A DNA stretch of 34,588 bases, taken from NCBI GenBank assembly GCA_964624695.1, contig CAZUZB010000014.1:1-34588 (forward strand), given 5' to 3'. The translations under genes and the position numbers were made by a program. This document shows positions 1-9,163 of the stretch, in pieces (position 1 is the stretch's first letter; every line of letters begins with the position of its first letter). The notes under the pieces are model-generated. The model did not search any database. It was given only the letters and a program-made list of their open reading frames with translations, and was not told where the DNA came from. This DNA is from an uncultured Anaerolineales bacterium (lineage in GTDB: Bacteria > Chloroflexota > Anaerolineae > UBA1429).

Positions 1-357
1 ACGCGAAGGGATCGCCGCCTGAGATGGCCTCATCCACAACATTTGACAATATCTCACCCTGGCATTATGCCTGCATCAGTTCCAGTCGAGTGGGCCGTTG
101 TCGCTACTGGAGGGCGAGGGCGACTATGCTGACGTCACGGCCCCGAGCGTGTGGGCCGTGGAGCTAGCGCACTACAAGAAAACCCTGGCGTCCCTAACCG
201 GCTCAAGCAGAGGATGACCAGGCGCCATAGGCAAGCTAATGAGGGCTACCTCGAGGCACCGCCTTCCCTTCGGTAGCCCCCAATGCCGAAACACGCCACT
301 TCAGCCCCCATGCACACGCAGAGAGACCCCGACGCACTCGATCTAGGCCAGCGGCAG

Positions 358-1080
358 CTAAGCGACGCCCATCATCCTCTTTGCCAGCGTTGCCGCGCCC
401 GCTGCATCGCGCGAGTACCCGTCCGCGCCGATCTCGTCGGCGTACTTCTGGGTGACAGGCGCCCCACCGATGAGGATCTTGACCTTGTCACGCACGCCAG
501 CCTCAATCAACGCATCGATGGTGTCGCGCATGCTGGGCATGGTGGTGGTGAGCAACGCCGAGAGGCCAACCAGGTGCACGTTCTTCTCCTGGACGGCTTC
601 CACGAACTGCTGCGGCGCCACATCGACGCCCAGGTCCACCACGTCAAACCCGGCGCCCTCAATCATGATGCCGACCAGGTTCTTGCCGATATCGTGCAGG
701 TCACCCTTCACGGTGCCCAAGGCGATCCTGCCAACCGGCTCAACGTCCTCTTCCACGAGCTTGGGCCGGATGATGGCCAGGCCCGCCTTCATGGCACGCG
801 CTGCGATGAGCATCTCGGGCACATAGTACTCGTTGATCTCAAAGAGACGTCCTACCTCTGCCATGCCAGGGATGAGCGCCTCGTACAGCATCTCGCTGGC
901 CGACATCGCCTCGCCCAGGGAGGCGGCCACATGCTCTGTGACCAGATCCCGATCCCCTTCCAGGATGCTTGGGTGGATCGGTTCCCACTGATCCAACCCG
1001 AGCGTGCGAAGGTAGCTCGATAGTGCCGACGTTTGCTGAAGACCGTTGCCTAGCCGCCCGCGGCCTTGCGCAGGTAGCAC
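358..1080 (-). CDS. Corrinoid (cobalamin)-binding protein, MtaC/MtbC-like methyltransferase partner. Start uncertain: GTG at 1080 or TTG at 996; the ATG at 1299 in the ORF track is probably not used.
   Basis: The C-terminal ~215 aa of ORF 358..1299(-) show a helical B12-binding cap (ILEGDRDLVTEHV...EALIPGMAEVGRLF). This is followed by a Rossmann B12 domain with the His-ligand motif GDLHDIGKNLV, then SALLTTT and ILIGGAP. The first ~75-95 codons of the long ORF (GRRRRHELCTVPALGGPIGTGG...) are Arg/Gly/Pro-rich and not protein-like. Confidence 0.8.
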   Translation of the reverse strand: MLPAQGRGRLGNGLQQTSALSSYLRTLGLDQWEPIHPSILEGDRDLVTEHVAASLGEAMSASEMLYEALIPGMAEVGRLFEINEYYVPEMLIAARAMKAGLAIIRPKLVEEDVEPVGRIALGTVKGDLHDIGKNLVGIMIEGAGFDVVDLGVDVAPQQFVEAVQEKNVHLVGLSALLTTTMPSMRDTIDALIEAGVRDKVKILIGGAPVTQKYADEIGADGYSRDAAGAATLAKRMMGVA

Positions 1081-1291
1081 CACACGGGTTGATCGAGCCA
1101 GAGAGCATGTAGCTGTTACCACAGCTCTCCCGTACCATGCTGGGCGGGATACGCTCGCCGGCCCCCCAGTCCCTATTGGACCTCCGAGGGCGGGCACCGT
1201 ACACAACTCATGCCTCCTCCGGCGTCCACACAATAAGGCACAACCGTACCGAAAGCCATTACCAGCCAAGGTTCCAGATAAAGGTTCACTC

Positions 1292-2392
1292 TCAGCCATA
1301 TCGACCGTAGAGGTCGACCAGCTCTGCTACGCGCGCCACCCGGGCTCGAAGGCCATCAGGAGGCACCTGATCGGCAACACCGAGCACCATGCGGCCGTCC
1401 CGCACCATTGTCACGATTGTCTCGCGCACAAATCGTTCAAACTCGTCGTCATCGACTAGGGGCGTGAAGTAGATTCCCGGGAGTCCGCCCCAGAGCACCG
1501 GACCCGATCGCGCTCGAGCTCGCGCAGCTTCGATCGACATATCGCCGACTGGCACGGGCGTGAAGGCCTCGATCACATCGAAGCCGGCGGCGGCAACCTG
1601 ATCGATGAGCCCCAGTGTGCCGTCCATATGGATGAAAGAGTGCTTGCCAGCTTGTCGTATGCGAGCGGTCCACTTCTCTTCCCAAGGCCGCACGTACTTA
1701 CCATAGAAGCGACCGACTACCTCCGACGACAGGTTCTCCGGGATCATGAAGCAGTCAGCCGGCACCGCGAGGGAGGCCTCCGCCGCCTCATCGAATCGCT
1801 CGCCCAGAAGCTGAAGGGTTTTCTCAAACTCAGACCGGTGATCGGCCCAGAAGCTAACCAAGTTGGAGATCCCAGTCAGTGCAGCATTCATCTCCTGGAA
1901 AGGGCTGCGAGGCAGGTAGCAGAGTACGACACCATGATCGCCAACCAATGGACGGCGCCGCAAAGCTCCTTCAAGATCCGGACGAAAATCGGTGTGCTCC
2001 CACCAGTACCGGAGGATCCGAAGATCCTCCCACGAACTAACGAGGTGGCGGGTGATGGCGTGGGTGAATGCCTCGGGCAGATACCTGGTCTCCTCTCGGA
2101 GAGTTCCCAACGGCGTGTGCACTAACCGTAAGGAGCAACCCCTTTCCTCTCGTGTCTCGACCAAGACACTAGCATCTGTGCTGGTGCTGAATGCCCAGTC
2201 GCCCTGAAGGTAGAACCCTACCCCAAGATCGCGTTGGAACCGATAGTACTCTTGCGTACGCTGCCACCCAGGGGGAACCTCGCCCCGCATCTCCATGGCG
2301 TACGCCCAATACGCCAAGTCACCGAACCAGGGTAGTCGATCCGGTGTACCACCCGTCAGCAGCGTCAACACGCGCTCGCGATCGTTCATCAT
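1292..2392 (-). CDS. Uroporphyrinogen-decarboxylase (URO-D) family protein, MtaA/CmuA-like methyltransferase fold (paralogue 1)
   Basis: ORF 1292..2458(-). GGAGG (rc of 2397-2401) lies 4-7 nt before ATGATG at 2392/2389, giving MMNDRERVLTLL... Length is ~366 aa. The N-terminal RERVL and C-terminal GVADQVPPD motifs are shared with the two URO-D paralogues at 17082 and 18197. The gene sits directly upstream of a corrinoid protein gene. Confidence 0.8.
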   Translation of the reverse strand: MMNDRERVLTLLTGGTPDRLPWFGDLAYWAYAMEMRGEVPPGWQRTQEYYRFQRDLGVGFYLQGDWAFSTSTDASVLVETREERGCSLRLVHTPLGTLREETRYLPEAFTHAITRHLVSSWEDLRILRYWWEHTDFRPDLEGALRRRPLVGDHGVVLCYLPRSPFQEMNAALTGISNLVSFWADHRSEFEKTLQLLGERFDEAAEASLAVPADCFMIPENLSSEVVGRFYGKYVRPWEEKWTARIRQAGKHSFIHMDGTLGLIDQVAAAGFDVIEAFTPVPVGDMSIEAARARARSGPVLWGGLPGIYFTPLVDDDEFERFVRETIVTMVRDGRMVLGVADQVPPDGLRARVARVAELVDLYGRYG

Positions 2393-2892
2393 TCTACCTC
2401 CCCATGTGACACTGCGGCTGCCTCTATTCAGAGAACTGTCGCACGCAGCGTTGCCCACAAGACCATGACGCCCAAAGCGAAAGGCGGCGTAATGCCCGGC
2501 CGATGAGAAAAGCGGGCTGGACCGCCGGCCAACCTGGTGTTGGGCGGCCAGCTGTTAGCTCCAGCCCTATGGTTCGTAGTGGTCCAGCACGGTACGGGAG
2601 TTCTCGAGGGCATGCGTTCGAACGCGCGGAGCGAGGTCCAAGGCATGTATGCTCCGCCTGGCTCGGCCTGCTTCATGAGACAGCGAGCCGACTCACGGAT
2701 TCTCGCTTTGACCACATGCTGCGGCAGGAACGATTGTGCGATCCCCTTGGGGATCAGCCCATCTCTGCACTCGCCCTCGGCTGCCGATATGTCCATATTG
2801 CCCTGCGGGTCGCTAATTTGGTGTCGCGTAAGACCGGGTGGTACCAGTTCGGCGAGTTCCGCAGGCAGGTCGCGGTCCGAATGCAGCAGCGC

Positions 2893-3402
2893 CTAGGCGC
2901 CAAATCCATGTGTTGAGTCGAAACTACTTGCCAGCTAAGGCGCACAGACTCTGCATCAGTCCTAAGGCTGGCCAACGGTCCCTGAATCCACTCATAGTCG
3001 CTGTCGACGCAGATAGGGTCCACATCCTGGCCAATCAGCATCCTTGTCAGTGCGGTGGCGTCGTCGTTCTTCCGTTTGGCCTACGCGCGTAGATCCCTCA
3101 AATGCTCGAACAGCTCGAAGGCCCACCCCGTCATCTTCTCTTCTAGAAGCATGCAGAAGGTGTCCTGCCCCGTTCCCGCGTTGGGTCAGCGCCCGATGGC
3201 TAAGGCGCCGAACGCCTACCAAGACAACCTCACCTGTGGAGCGGCCATGCATATCGGCCGGCAACGGTTTGCTCAATGGATCGCGGCGGTAGAGTGCCGC
3301 CTCGCAGATGCCATAGGATCTGCGTAGTCGTCCACTTCGCCCCATGGAGATAGCGTGATCCATCTCCACCGTCGTCGGCCCGATTTCACCAAAGGCTTCT
3401 GC
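2893..3402 (-). pseudogene. Decayed coding remnant, possibly the C-terminal part of a Tn3-family transposase (approximate bounds)
   Basis: Minus-strand reading gives ...MGRSGRLRRSYGICEAALYRRDPL...RSTGEVVLVGVRRLSHRAL, then a frame change, then GQDTFCMLLEEKMTGWAFELFEHLRDLRA, an in-frame TAG, then AKRKNDDATALTRMLIGQDVDPICVDSDYEWIQGPLASLR. The spacing GE..R....W..Y....LR..G....D..L..L......I.L.(G/S)DY.W recalls the Tn3 TnpA C-terminus. I found no convincing 38-bp GGGG...TAAG inverted repeat. Confidence 0.3.
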
Positions 3403-3830
3403 TTACAGCTGAAAGACGAGTTTCATGTGGCATAGTCCGGGAGTTTTCCCCGTTCTGCACCGCCTATAGGCGCTTTCTGCCGTTCCCCGTTCGCTCCCTG
3501 AAGACGATTCTCCTAGCACCTTGGGGCGCGCTGTTGTCCCTGCCAAGCCACTCTGAGCGCATACCCTTTAGGGGCGCGACGAGTATGGGTCTGTCTTGGT
3601 CTCCGATGATGTAGCCGGCCTTATCTCTCGCACCAACCGGTCAAGCCTAGAGACATACCAACGTTGCGGCCGGGCATCTGTCTTTCGCTAGATCAGCGTC
3701 TCCCCGTCACACTCTGAGCCGCTCGATGCTACTCTGACTCAGGCTGGCGGGTACTCTCTCAGTGGCCAGAATCTCAGCTAGATGCGCTTGCCGATCAGTA
3801 GTTGAGATCCTATCGCACGCATGTGTCTTG

Positions 3831-5250
3831 TCAAGTAGTGTAGAAGAAGATTCGGTCGTCCTGGGCATGGCTGACGCTCAGTGCCTGGCGAGCGGGCTCA
3901 TGTGGTGCGGACAGCCTGAGCATCGCTTCCTGACAGGTACAGCGCGACGCACATGCCACTCGCCATGGTTGCCCGCACAAAGCGTCCCCGGCAGACGCTC
4001 TGTGGATCGGTCCTCCGGGCAGATGCCGGGCGCCCCTTGCTCGCGCCCGCGTCAGCACGTCGCCCGATCTCCTTGTTCAGCGGCCAGAGTGGGTTGGTGG
4101 AGCAGACACAAGTCCAGTGCTCGGTTGGGAAGGCCATGCAGGCCCACGGCTCCGCTCCCGTTGGCCGAAGACTCTCCGCTGCCTCTGGCCAGCGCGGGGC
4201 AATGCCCTAGGCGACCATGGCAGGTTGCTTGTCGCCCAAGGCGCGATCGGGGTGGGCGAAAACGATGCGCAGCGGCGCAGAGACTATCGAGCCGTCCGCC
4301 CCAGTAGCACGGTCCAGGAGGTCGCGCAGAAAGCGTACTCGGCAGCGCTGCACACCCTACCACAGAGCCCCTAGCCCAGTGCCAGGTTGCGTCTTGCGAG
4401 GGCGTCGTTGACAACCGGTTGCAGTCGATACAGGACACGACGAATCAGGTCACACACGAACTCCTTCCACAAGAATGCATTCCGCGGGCTCCCAACGCCC
4501 AGCTAAGTCCCTCTCGCTCCTCTGTCTCGCGTACCGCAATGGCAACGGCCGCAGCGGCCTGACGATGTGAAGGTGCTGACGCGGCTTCAGGCAGGTAGCG
4601 ACCAGTCAGCAGGACGGATAGTCCCCATCCAGTGTCGGCTCACCGAAGGTCCCGACTAGCAGACTCAAGACGTAGAGCATGTGGCTGACTTCGATCCTGT
4701 AGATGCCGGTGAGGTCAAACGACAGCAATAGGCTGGCCACTCAGATGGTAACGTCTCCCTCCACGTAGGCACTCGACCACTGCCAGCAAAGCCCTCTCCG
4801 CCTTGTGGCCGGGTTCGAGGCTAGGCGGGAAGCAGCTCTCCTCCCGCAGCTTGGGTAGTCGCAGCGTCAGCGCTCCTGCGCGTGTGTCGTACCGCAGTTA
4901 GCGGTAGCCGTTGCGCTGAGGGAGCTGCCCGGGGCTGCGCTCGTAGCGTGCGGCGCCGATGCGCTGCGTCACCCGCACCTCGACGGCTGGCCGACTCGGG
5001 ACTTGAACTCATGTGCTCACAAAGCCCTCCTCGATCTTCAGGTGGAGCCTGCTCGGTTGCTCAGTCAGTGTCTTCGTAGACTCCGTCATCTCGTGTCCTT
5101 GTCGCGTTGGTTGCCCCCTGAGAACAAGGCGCGCGGTGACCGATCCGGCCACATCGTGCTACACCACCACCTAAGACATCATCGACTTTCGTCGTAGGCA
5201 TTCGGTAGGTTCCAGACCCTTCCTTCGCTTGCAATACGTCAAGACATAGG
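3831..5250 (-). mobile_element. Remnant IS256-family insertion sequence (approximate ends)
   Basis: The element encloses the transposase pseudogene. Candidate degenerate terminal inverted repeats are: left, inward from ~3831, ATGTGTCTTGTCAAGTAGTGTAGAAGAAGATTC; right, reverse complement inward from ~5250, CCTATGTCTTGACGTATTGCAAGCGAAGGAAGGGTC. They share the TGTCTTG core and GAAG-rich tails. The ~1.4 kb size fits the family. No target duplication was recognised. Confidence 0.45.
3898..5089 (-). pseudogene. IS256 (mutator) family transposase, heavily decayed
   Basis: Reading the minus strand across frames recovers the whole IS256 layout. MTESTKTLTEQPSRLHLKIEEGF.. / EVRVTQRIGAARYERSPGQLPQRNGYR*LRYDTRAGALTLRLPKLREESCFPPSLEPGHKAERALLAVVE / AYVEGDVTI*VASLLLSFDLTGIYRIEVSHM...LDGDYPSC*LVATCLKPRQHLHIV / AVAIAVRETEEREGL / WKEFVCDLIRRVLYRLQPVVNDA / VQRCRVRFLRDLL...AFPTEHWTCVCSTNPLWPLNKEIGRRAD...RFVRATMASGMCVALYLS. 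There are at least 5 in-frame stops and at least 5 frame changes. Confidence 0.85.
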
Positions 5251-5810
5251 CTACAAACTGCATCAGTCTGCGACTGCTCCCAGTTAGCCACGCACATGCG
5301 TGACCAACGCCGACAGGCATCCGCCTGGATCTCCGGTGTGATCGGGTGTGGGCAGCGGCCAAGCAGCTTTCCTACCAGACGGCTCGGGATCCGGCCATGC
5401 CGCGCAGTCGAGGCGCTGGAGCGGGGACTCTGGCAGCATCATGGCGCAGGGCGCCAAACCGGCAATGCTTGGCGGCTTGGATACCCAGACCGTAGAGCGC
5501 CTCATGGGTGTGACCTATGGAGTGTGGGGATCAGTGCGACGGGCGGGAATCGGCCCGTCCGCAGTACGACGGCGAATGGGGCCATCTGATGCGAACAGCA
5601 GAACCTGAGCCCTGTACACAGTGGCTTGCGCCTTGGATGCCAATGAGCGGGTCCTGGGGGGAGCATGATCGGTTCTGCTGCCTGCCTTCTTGGATCCACT
5701 CAACCAGAAGAGCCACTCTTTGGCGCCCGATGGCAGATAGGGTGTGGGCAAAGCTCGCTTGACGTCGGAGCATGATTGGGTTGAGGGTATGAGGCGGCGA
5801 GGAGGTAGCG

Positions 5811-7952
5811 ATGGCGCGAAGTGCCAACCAAAGTGGAGCTCTAGAACGGGGTGACTTTGAGGCTCGACTTGTGCGACGAGTCGCCGTTCTCACCTGCCTT
5901 GTTGCCTGGTTCCTGTGGTACTGGGCATCGACTCGCCAGTTCGGCAGCGACTCGGTCGGAGTTGCGCTGGCCCTAACCATTGCGGTAGCGGCAGCGGCTG
6001 CTTACAAGTCACCTCAGCACCATCGCTTGGGGTCAGTCGCGCTAGTGCTTTACGGCATGCTAGTTGTTGTCTTTTTGTTTTCCGTTGTTGGTATAAACGA
6101 GGCCCCGTATTTGTTTCTATTCGTTATTCTTTTTAGTAGTTTACTTATGAGAATATCCTTCTTAATTCTTTGCACTTTTTTTATAGCCGTATTAATTTAC
6201 TGGCTCAAGCCTTTTGGATCGGATGGCTTGTTAATCGCAGTGATTGCATTGGCTTTGTACCAAAGTGTTTGGGTTTTGACCGTTAACGGTGCTCTTGAGG
6301 AGGCTTGGGCCCATAGTGTGATGGCTGCGTCCTTGGCACAAGAGGCCCAGCTGAGACGGGGGGAGGTCCTTCGCCTGAACCAAGCCCTTGGCTCGGCCAA
6401 CAGCCAGCTTGCCCAAAGCAACACCAAGCTCGACGTCGCACGCAGAGAAGCTGAATCCGCACGATCCATGAAGGAGCAGTTCGCACTGCAGGTCAGCCAC
6501 GAACTACGTACGCCCCTCAGCATCATACTTGGCTTTCTCGAGGTGATGCAGCGGTATCCGGAAGTCTATGGGCCTATGAAGTGGCCCCCGGCACTTCGTC
6601 AGGATCTGGCAGAGGTGCAGTCGAATGCGCGTCATCTCGCGGATCTGGTAGACGACATTCTCGATCTAGCTCGCATCGAGACTAGGAGGATGCCCGTCAG
6701 GCGCGAACACTCCGACCTCGGCGATGTCATTCAGGAGGCCTGCGCGCTCGCACGCCGCCTCCTGCGAGGGAAGATGGTGCAGCTGGATGTTGTCCTGCCG
6801 ACAGGTCTGCCGCCCCTGTTCATCGACCGCACGCGTGTTCGCCAGGTCCTTCTCAACCTGCTAGCGAACGCCAGCAGGTTTACGTTGCAGGGAGAGATAG
6901 TCGTCAGCGTGCAACAAGAGGGGCAGGAAGTAATCGTCTCTGTGTCGGACAGCGGCGTGGGTATCCCAGAGGAGCAGCTAGCTAGTCTGTTCACCCCATT
7001 CCAGCGAAGTGTTTCACCGTCCGAGACCTCGCCGGCCGGCAAGGGCCTGGGGCTCGCCATTGCCAAGCGCTTTGTCGAGATGCACGGTGGCCGGATCTGG
7101 GCAACGAGCCAAGTAGGCAGAGGAAGCGTGTTCTCCTTCTCGTTGCCAGTCGTACACCAGTATCCCCCTTTCCTGACATCCACCGGCGAACTGCCTGATG
7201 TCGCTCCAGCAGAATCGCCCACCCTGGTGGTAGCAGGCGACGCGGAGAGCAGCGCGTACCTAAGACGGCGCTTGGAGTGCTGCAAGGTGCTGGACGCGGC
7301 TGATCTCTCGGAAGCAGTGGAGCTTGCGTCGGCGAGCCGCCATGGCACCGTCTTGCTTAACGTGGCACCTGACTCACCTGAGGCCAGTCACATCGCTCCC
7401 GCACCCATCCTGCCCACTGGCGTGCGTCTCATCCAGTGCTGTCTGCCAGTGGGCCCTTGGCTCGTGGACCGCGAGCTATATGATGCTTGGCTAGTCAAAC
7501 CCGTCCGGAGCGAACGCCTGTTGGCAATGGTTCATCATTATCTACCGATGGGCAAGCTCCTGGTAGTTGATGACGACGCGAGTTTCGTGCAGCTTGTAAG
7601 AAGGATCATGGAGGCCGAGAGCTGCCATCACGTGGTGAGCGCAGCCCACGACCTCGCCTCGGCAACGTCGCTGCTTGCCACCGAGTCTTTCGGCCTGGTG
7701 ATCCTGGATATCTCGCTTCCCGATGGTGACGGACGCAGGCTGGCACGTCATCTACGTGACAGCGCAAGCGGCAAGGACATCCCTGTCATGGTCGTAAGCG
7801 CGTGGCTGCCCGAGCCCATGAGTGGGAGCGCTGGTAGATCGTGTGGCCTGTCGGTGACCACGGCAGAAGGCTTCGAGGAGGAGCAGTTGCTTGGGCTTAT
7901 CAGGGCGACGACTCATCAATCGCGTCGTTCTCAGGACGCGCAAAGCGCATGA
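5811..7952 (+). CDS. Hybrid sensor histidine kinase (membrane N-terminus, coiled coil, HisKA, HATPase_c, pseudo-receiver, receiver)
   Basis: GGAGG lies 6 nt before the ATG at 5811. The hydrophobic N-terminus has several TM helices. H-box: FALQVSHELRTPLSIILGF. N/G boxes: LLNLLANASRF, DSGVGIP, GKGLGLAIAKRFVEMHGGRIW. A first REC-like domain has Asn at the acceptor position (TVLLNVAPD, LVKPV). A second, canonical REC follows (LLVVDDD...LVILDISLPDGDG...VMVVSAW). Confidence 0.9.
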   Translation: MARSANQSGALERGDFEARLVRRVAVLTCLVAWFLWYWASTRQFGSDSVGVALALTIAVAAAAAYKSPQHHRLGSVALVLYGMLVVVFLFSVVGINEAPYLFLFVILFSSLLMRISFLILCTFFIAVLIYWLKPFGSDGLLIAVIALALYQSVWVLTVNGALEEAWAHSVMAASLAQEAQLRRGEVLRLNQALGSANSQLAQSNTKLDVARREAESARSMKEQFALQVSHELRTPLSIILGFLEVMQRYPEVYGPMKWPPALRQDLAEVQSNARHLADLVDDILDLARIETRRMPVRREHSDLGDVIQEACALARRLLRGKMVQLDVVLPTGLPPLFIDRTRVRQVLLNLLANASRFTLQGEIVVSVQQEGQEVIVSVSDSGVGIPEEQLASLFTPFQRSVSPSETSPAGKGLGLAIAKRFVEMHGGRIWATSQVGRGSVFSFSLPVVHQYPPFLTSTGELPDVAPAESPTLVVAGDAESSAYLRRRLECCKVLDAADLSEAVELASASRHGTVLLNVAPDSPEASHIAPAPILPTGVRLIQCCLPVGPWLVDRELYDAWLVKPVRSERLLAMVHHYLPMGKLLVVDDDASFVQLVRRIMEAESCHHVVSAAHDLASATSLLATESFGLVILDISLPDGDGRRLARHLRDSASGKDIPVMVVSAWLPEPMSGSAGRSCGLSVTTAEGFEEEQLLGLIRATTHQSRRSQDAQSA

Positions 7953-9123
7953 GCGTGGATATGAGGGCGACTCGCGACAATGGCTTTGGGAGGCTGGCCG
8001 CAGCACCTAGGTCGGCCGCGAGTTCGGGGTCACTGACGACGGAGCAGACGATAACAGGGATGTGGGCTGTGCCGGGCGTCAAGCGGAGAGTCTGGAGCAT
8101 ACTCCATCCGTCAATGTCCGGCATCAGCACGTCTAGCACAATCGCGGCGGGTTGAATGGCGACCGCCACTTCATCCAAGGCCCGGCCTTCGGGGGGAAAT
8201 ACTGCCTGCCATCGTGTTCCTTGTAGGTACCGCCTAAGCAAATCGCGCATGCCTGGATTGTCATCCACGATCAGAACGGTCTGCGGCTGAAAGAGAGGCA
8301 TCGATAGCTCGATCGAGCACAGACCCCGCGGCATATGTTGCGTTCGACACTCCAGGTTTACAGACTCACCAACAAGCCGTGCGGTCTCTCCAAGCTTATC
8401 CACGGGCAACGGGGCCGTGGCAGGGGGCGAAATCCGCACGATCGCCGTGTCGCCTTCCTCAAGAAGCGCAACTCCAAGTGTCTGAGCGGAGGCAGCGCGG
8501 ATAGCCATGCTCAGAACTCGTACCAGAATGTGGCCCAGCGCTCCGGCGGTTGCCATCACTCGCATCGGCACACGATGCTCAGTAACCTCGATGGTCACTC
8601 CGCACTCCTCTGCGAGCGGCTGTAGGGTTCTGATGGCCCGATCGAGCACCTGGGCCAAGTCGGTCTCCTGCTGAGACCCAAGCAACGCATCAAGCTCATC
8701 GCGCAGAGCGTTACCTGAAGGGCCGCCGGCGGTTGCGTTCTCCCTTGAAAGCCGTGCGCGTAGCACCTCGGCCAGTTGCTCCTCTGCTCGCCCTAGATCA
8801 CGATACACTTGTCGCTCGCTCAGGGCGAGCCGCTCTGAGATCTGACGGACCTGTAGCTCCGACACATAGCGAAGACAGAGAACCCGGTAGTAACGGAATG
8901 AGGCGGTCTCGACTGAGCCTGTCCCGGAAGGACGAAGTGCTTCTATGCCGTCTAGTAGCCAGCTACGCAGTGCCTGGGCGCGTTGGACGGGATCATGCAG
9001 CACCGCTGCACTAGGGCGTTGCGGCAAAATGGTGGAACTGGCCAGCTCAACGTTGGAGTAGAGATGCTGGAGCGCCTCGTGTACCAAGTCCACATGAAGC
9101 TCAGATTCCCCGGCATTGGTCAT
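7900..9123 (-). CDS. Atypical response regulator: N-terminal sigma-70 region-4-like HTH, degenerate HATPase-like middle, C-terminal receiver
   Basis: HTH: YRVLCLRYVSELQVRQISERLALSERQVYRDLGRAEEQL. The middle segment resembles a kinase N-box region (LGHILVRVLSMAIRAAS...GDTAIVRISPP) but lacks the Asn and the G1/G2 boxes. The C-terminal REC is intact: VLIVDDNPGMRDLL...IVLDVLMPDIDG...IPVIVCSV...LPKPL. Confidence 0.8.
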   Translation of the reverse strand: MTNAGESELHVDLVHEALQHLYSNVELASSTILPQRPSAAVLHDPVQRAQALRSWLLDGIEALRPSGTGSVETASFRYYRVLCLRYVSELQVRQISERLALSERQVYRDLGRAEEQLAEVLRARLSRENATAGGPSGNALRDELDALLGSQQETDLAQVLDRAIRTLQPLAEECGVTIEVTEHRVPMRVMATAGALGHILVRVLSMAIRAASAQTLGVALLEEGDTAIVRISPPATAPLPVDKLGETARLVGESVNLECRTQHMPRGLCSIELSMPLFQPQTVLIVDDNPGMRDLLRRYLQGTRWQAVFPPEGRALDEVAVAIQPAAIVLDVLMPDIDGWSMLQTLRLTPGTAHIPVIVCSVVSDPELAADLGAAASLPKPLSRVALISTLMRFARPENDAIDESSP

Positions 9124-9163
9124 TTCCCGGCCTCAACTTGTGCAAAGTGGATGTCTGTCGCTG

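Noticed and set aside
47-217. Open frame ending ...LEGEGDYADVTAPSVWAVELAHYKKTLASLTGSSRG* at the left edge
   Set aside because: The tail looks protein-like, but the frame is closed by stops at 20-22 and 44-46, there is no evident start or SD, and it is only ~56 codons long. I cannot support a gene or a truncated gene end.
2901-2938. Tn3-type 38-bp terminal inverted repeat ending in GCTAAG
   Set aside because: GCTAAG occurs at 2933-2938, but the 38-mer does not start with GGGG and no partner repeat was found. This is insufficient.
3762-4438. ORFs 3762..4307(+), 4052..4438(-), 3953..4210(+) and others as genes
   Set aside because: They lie inside the decayed IS256 transposase region. Their translations are low-complexity, and the only recognisable protein signal is the broken transposase frame.
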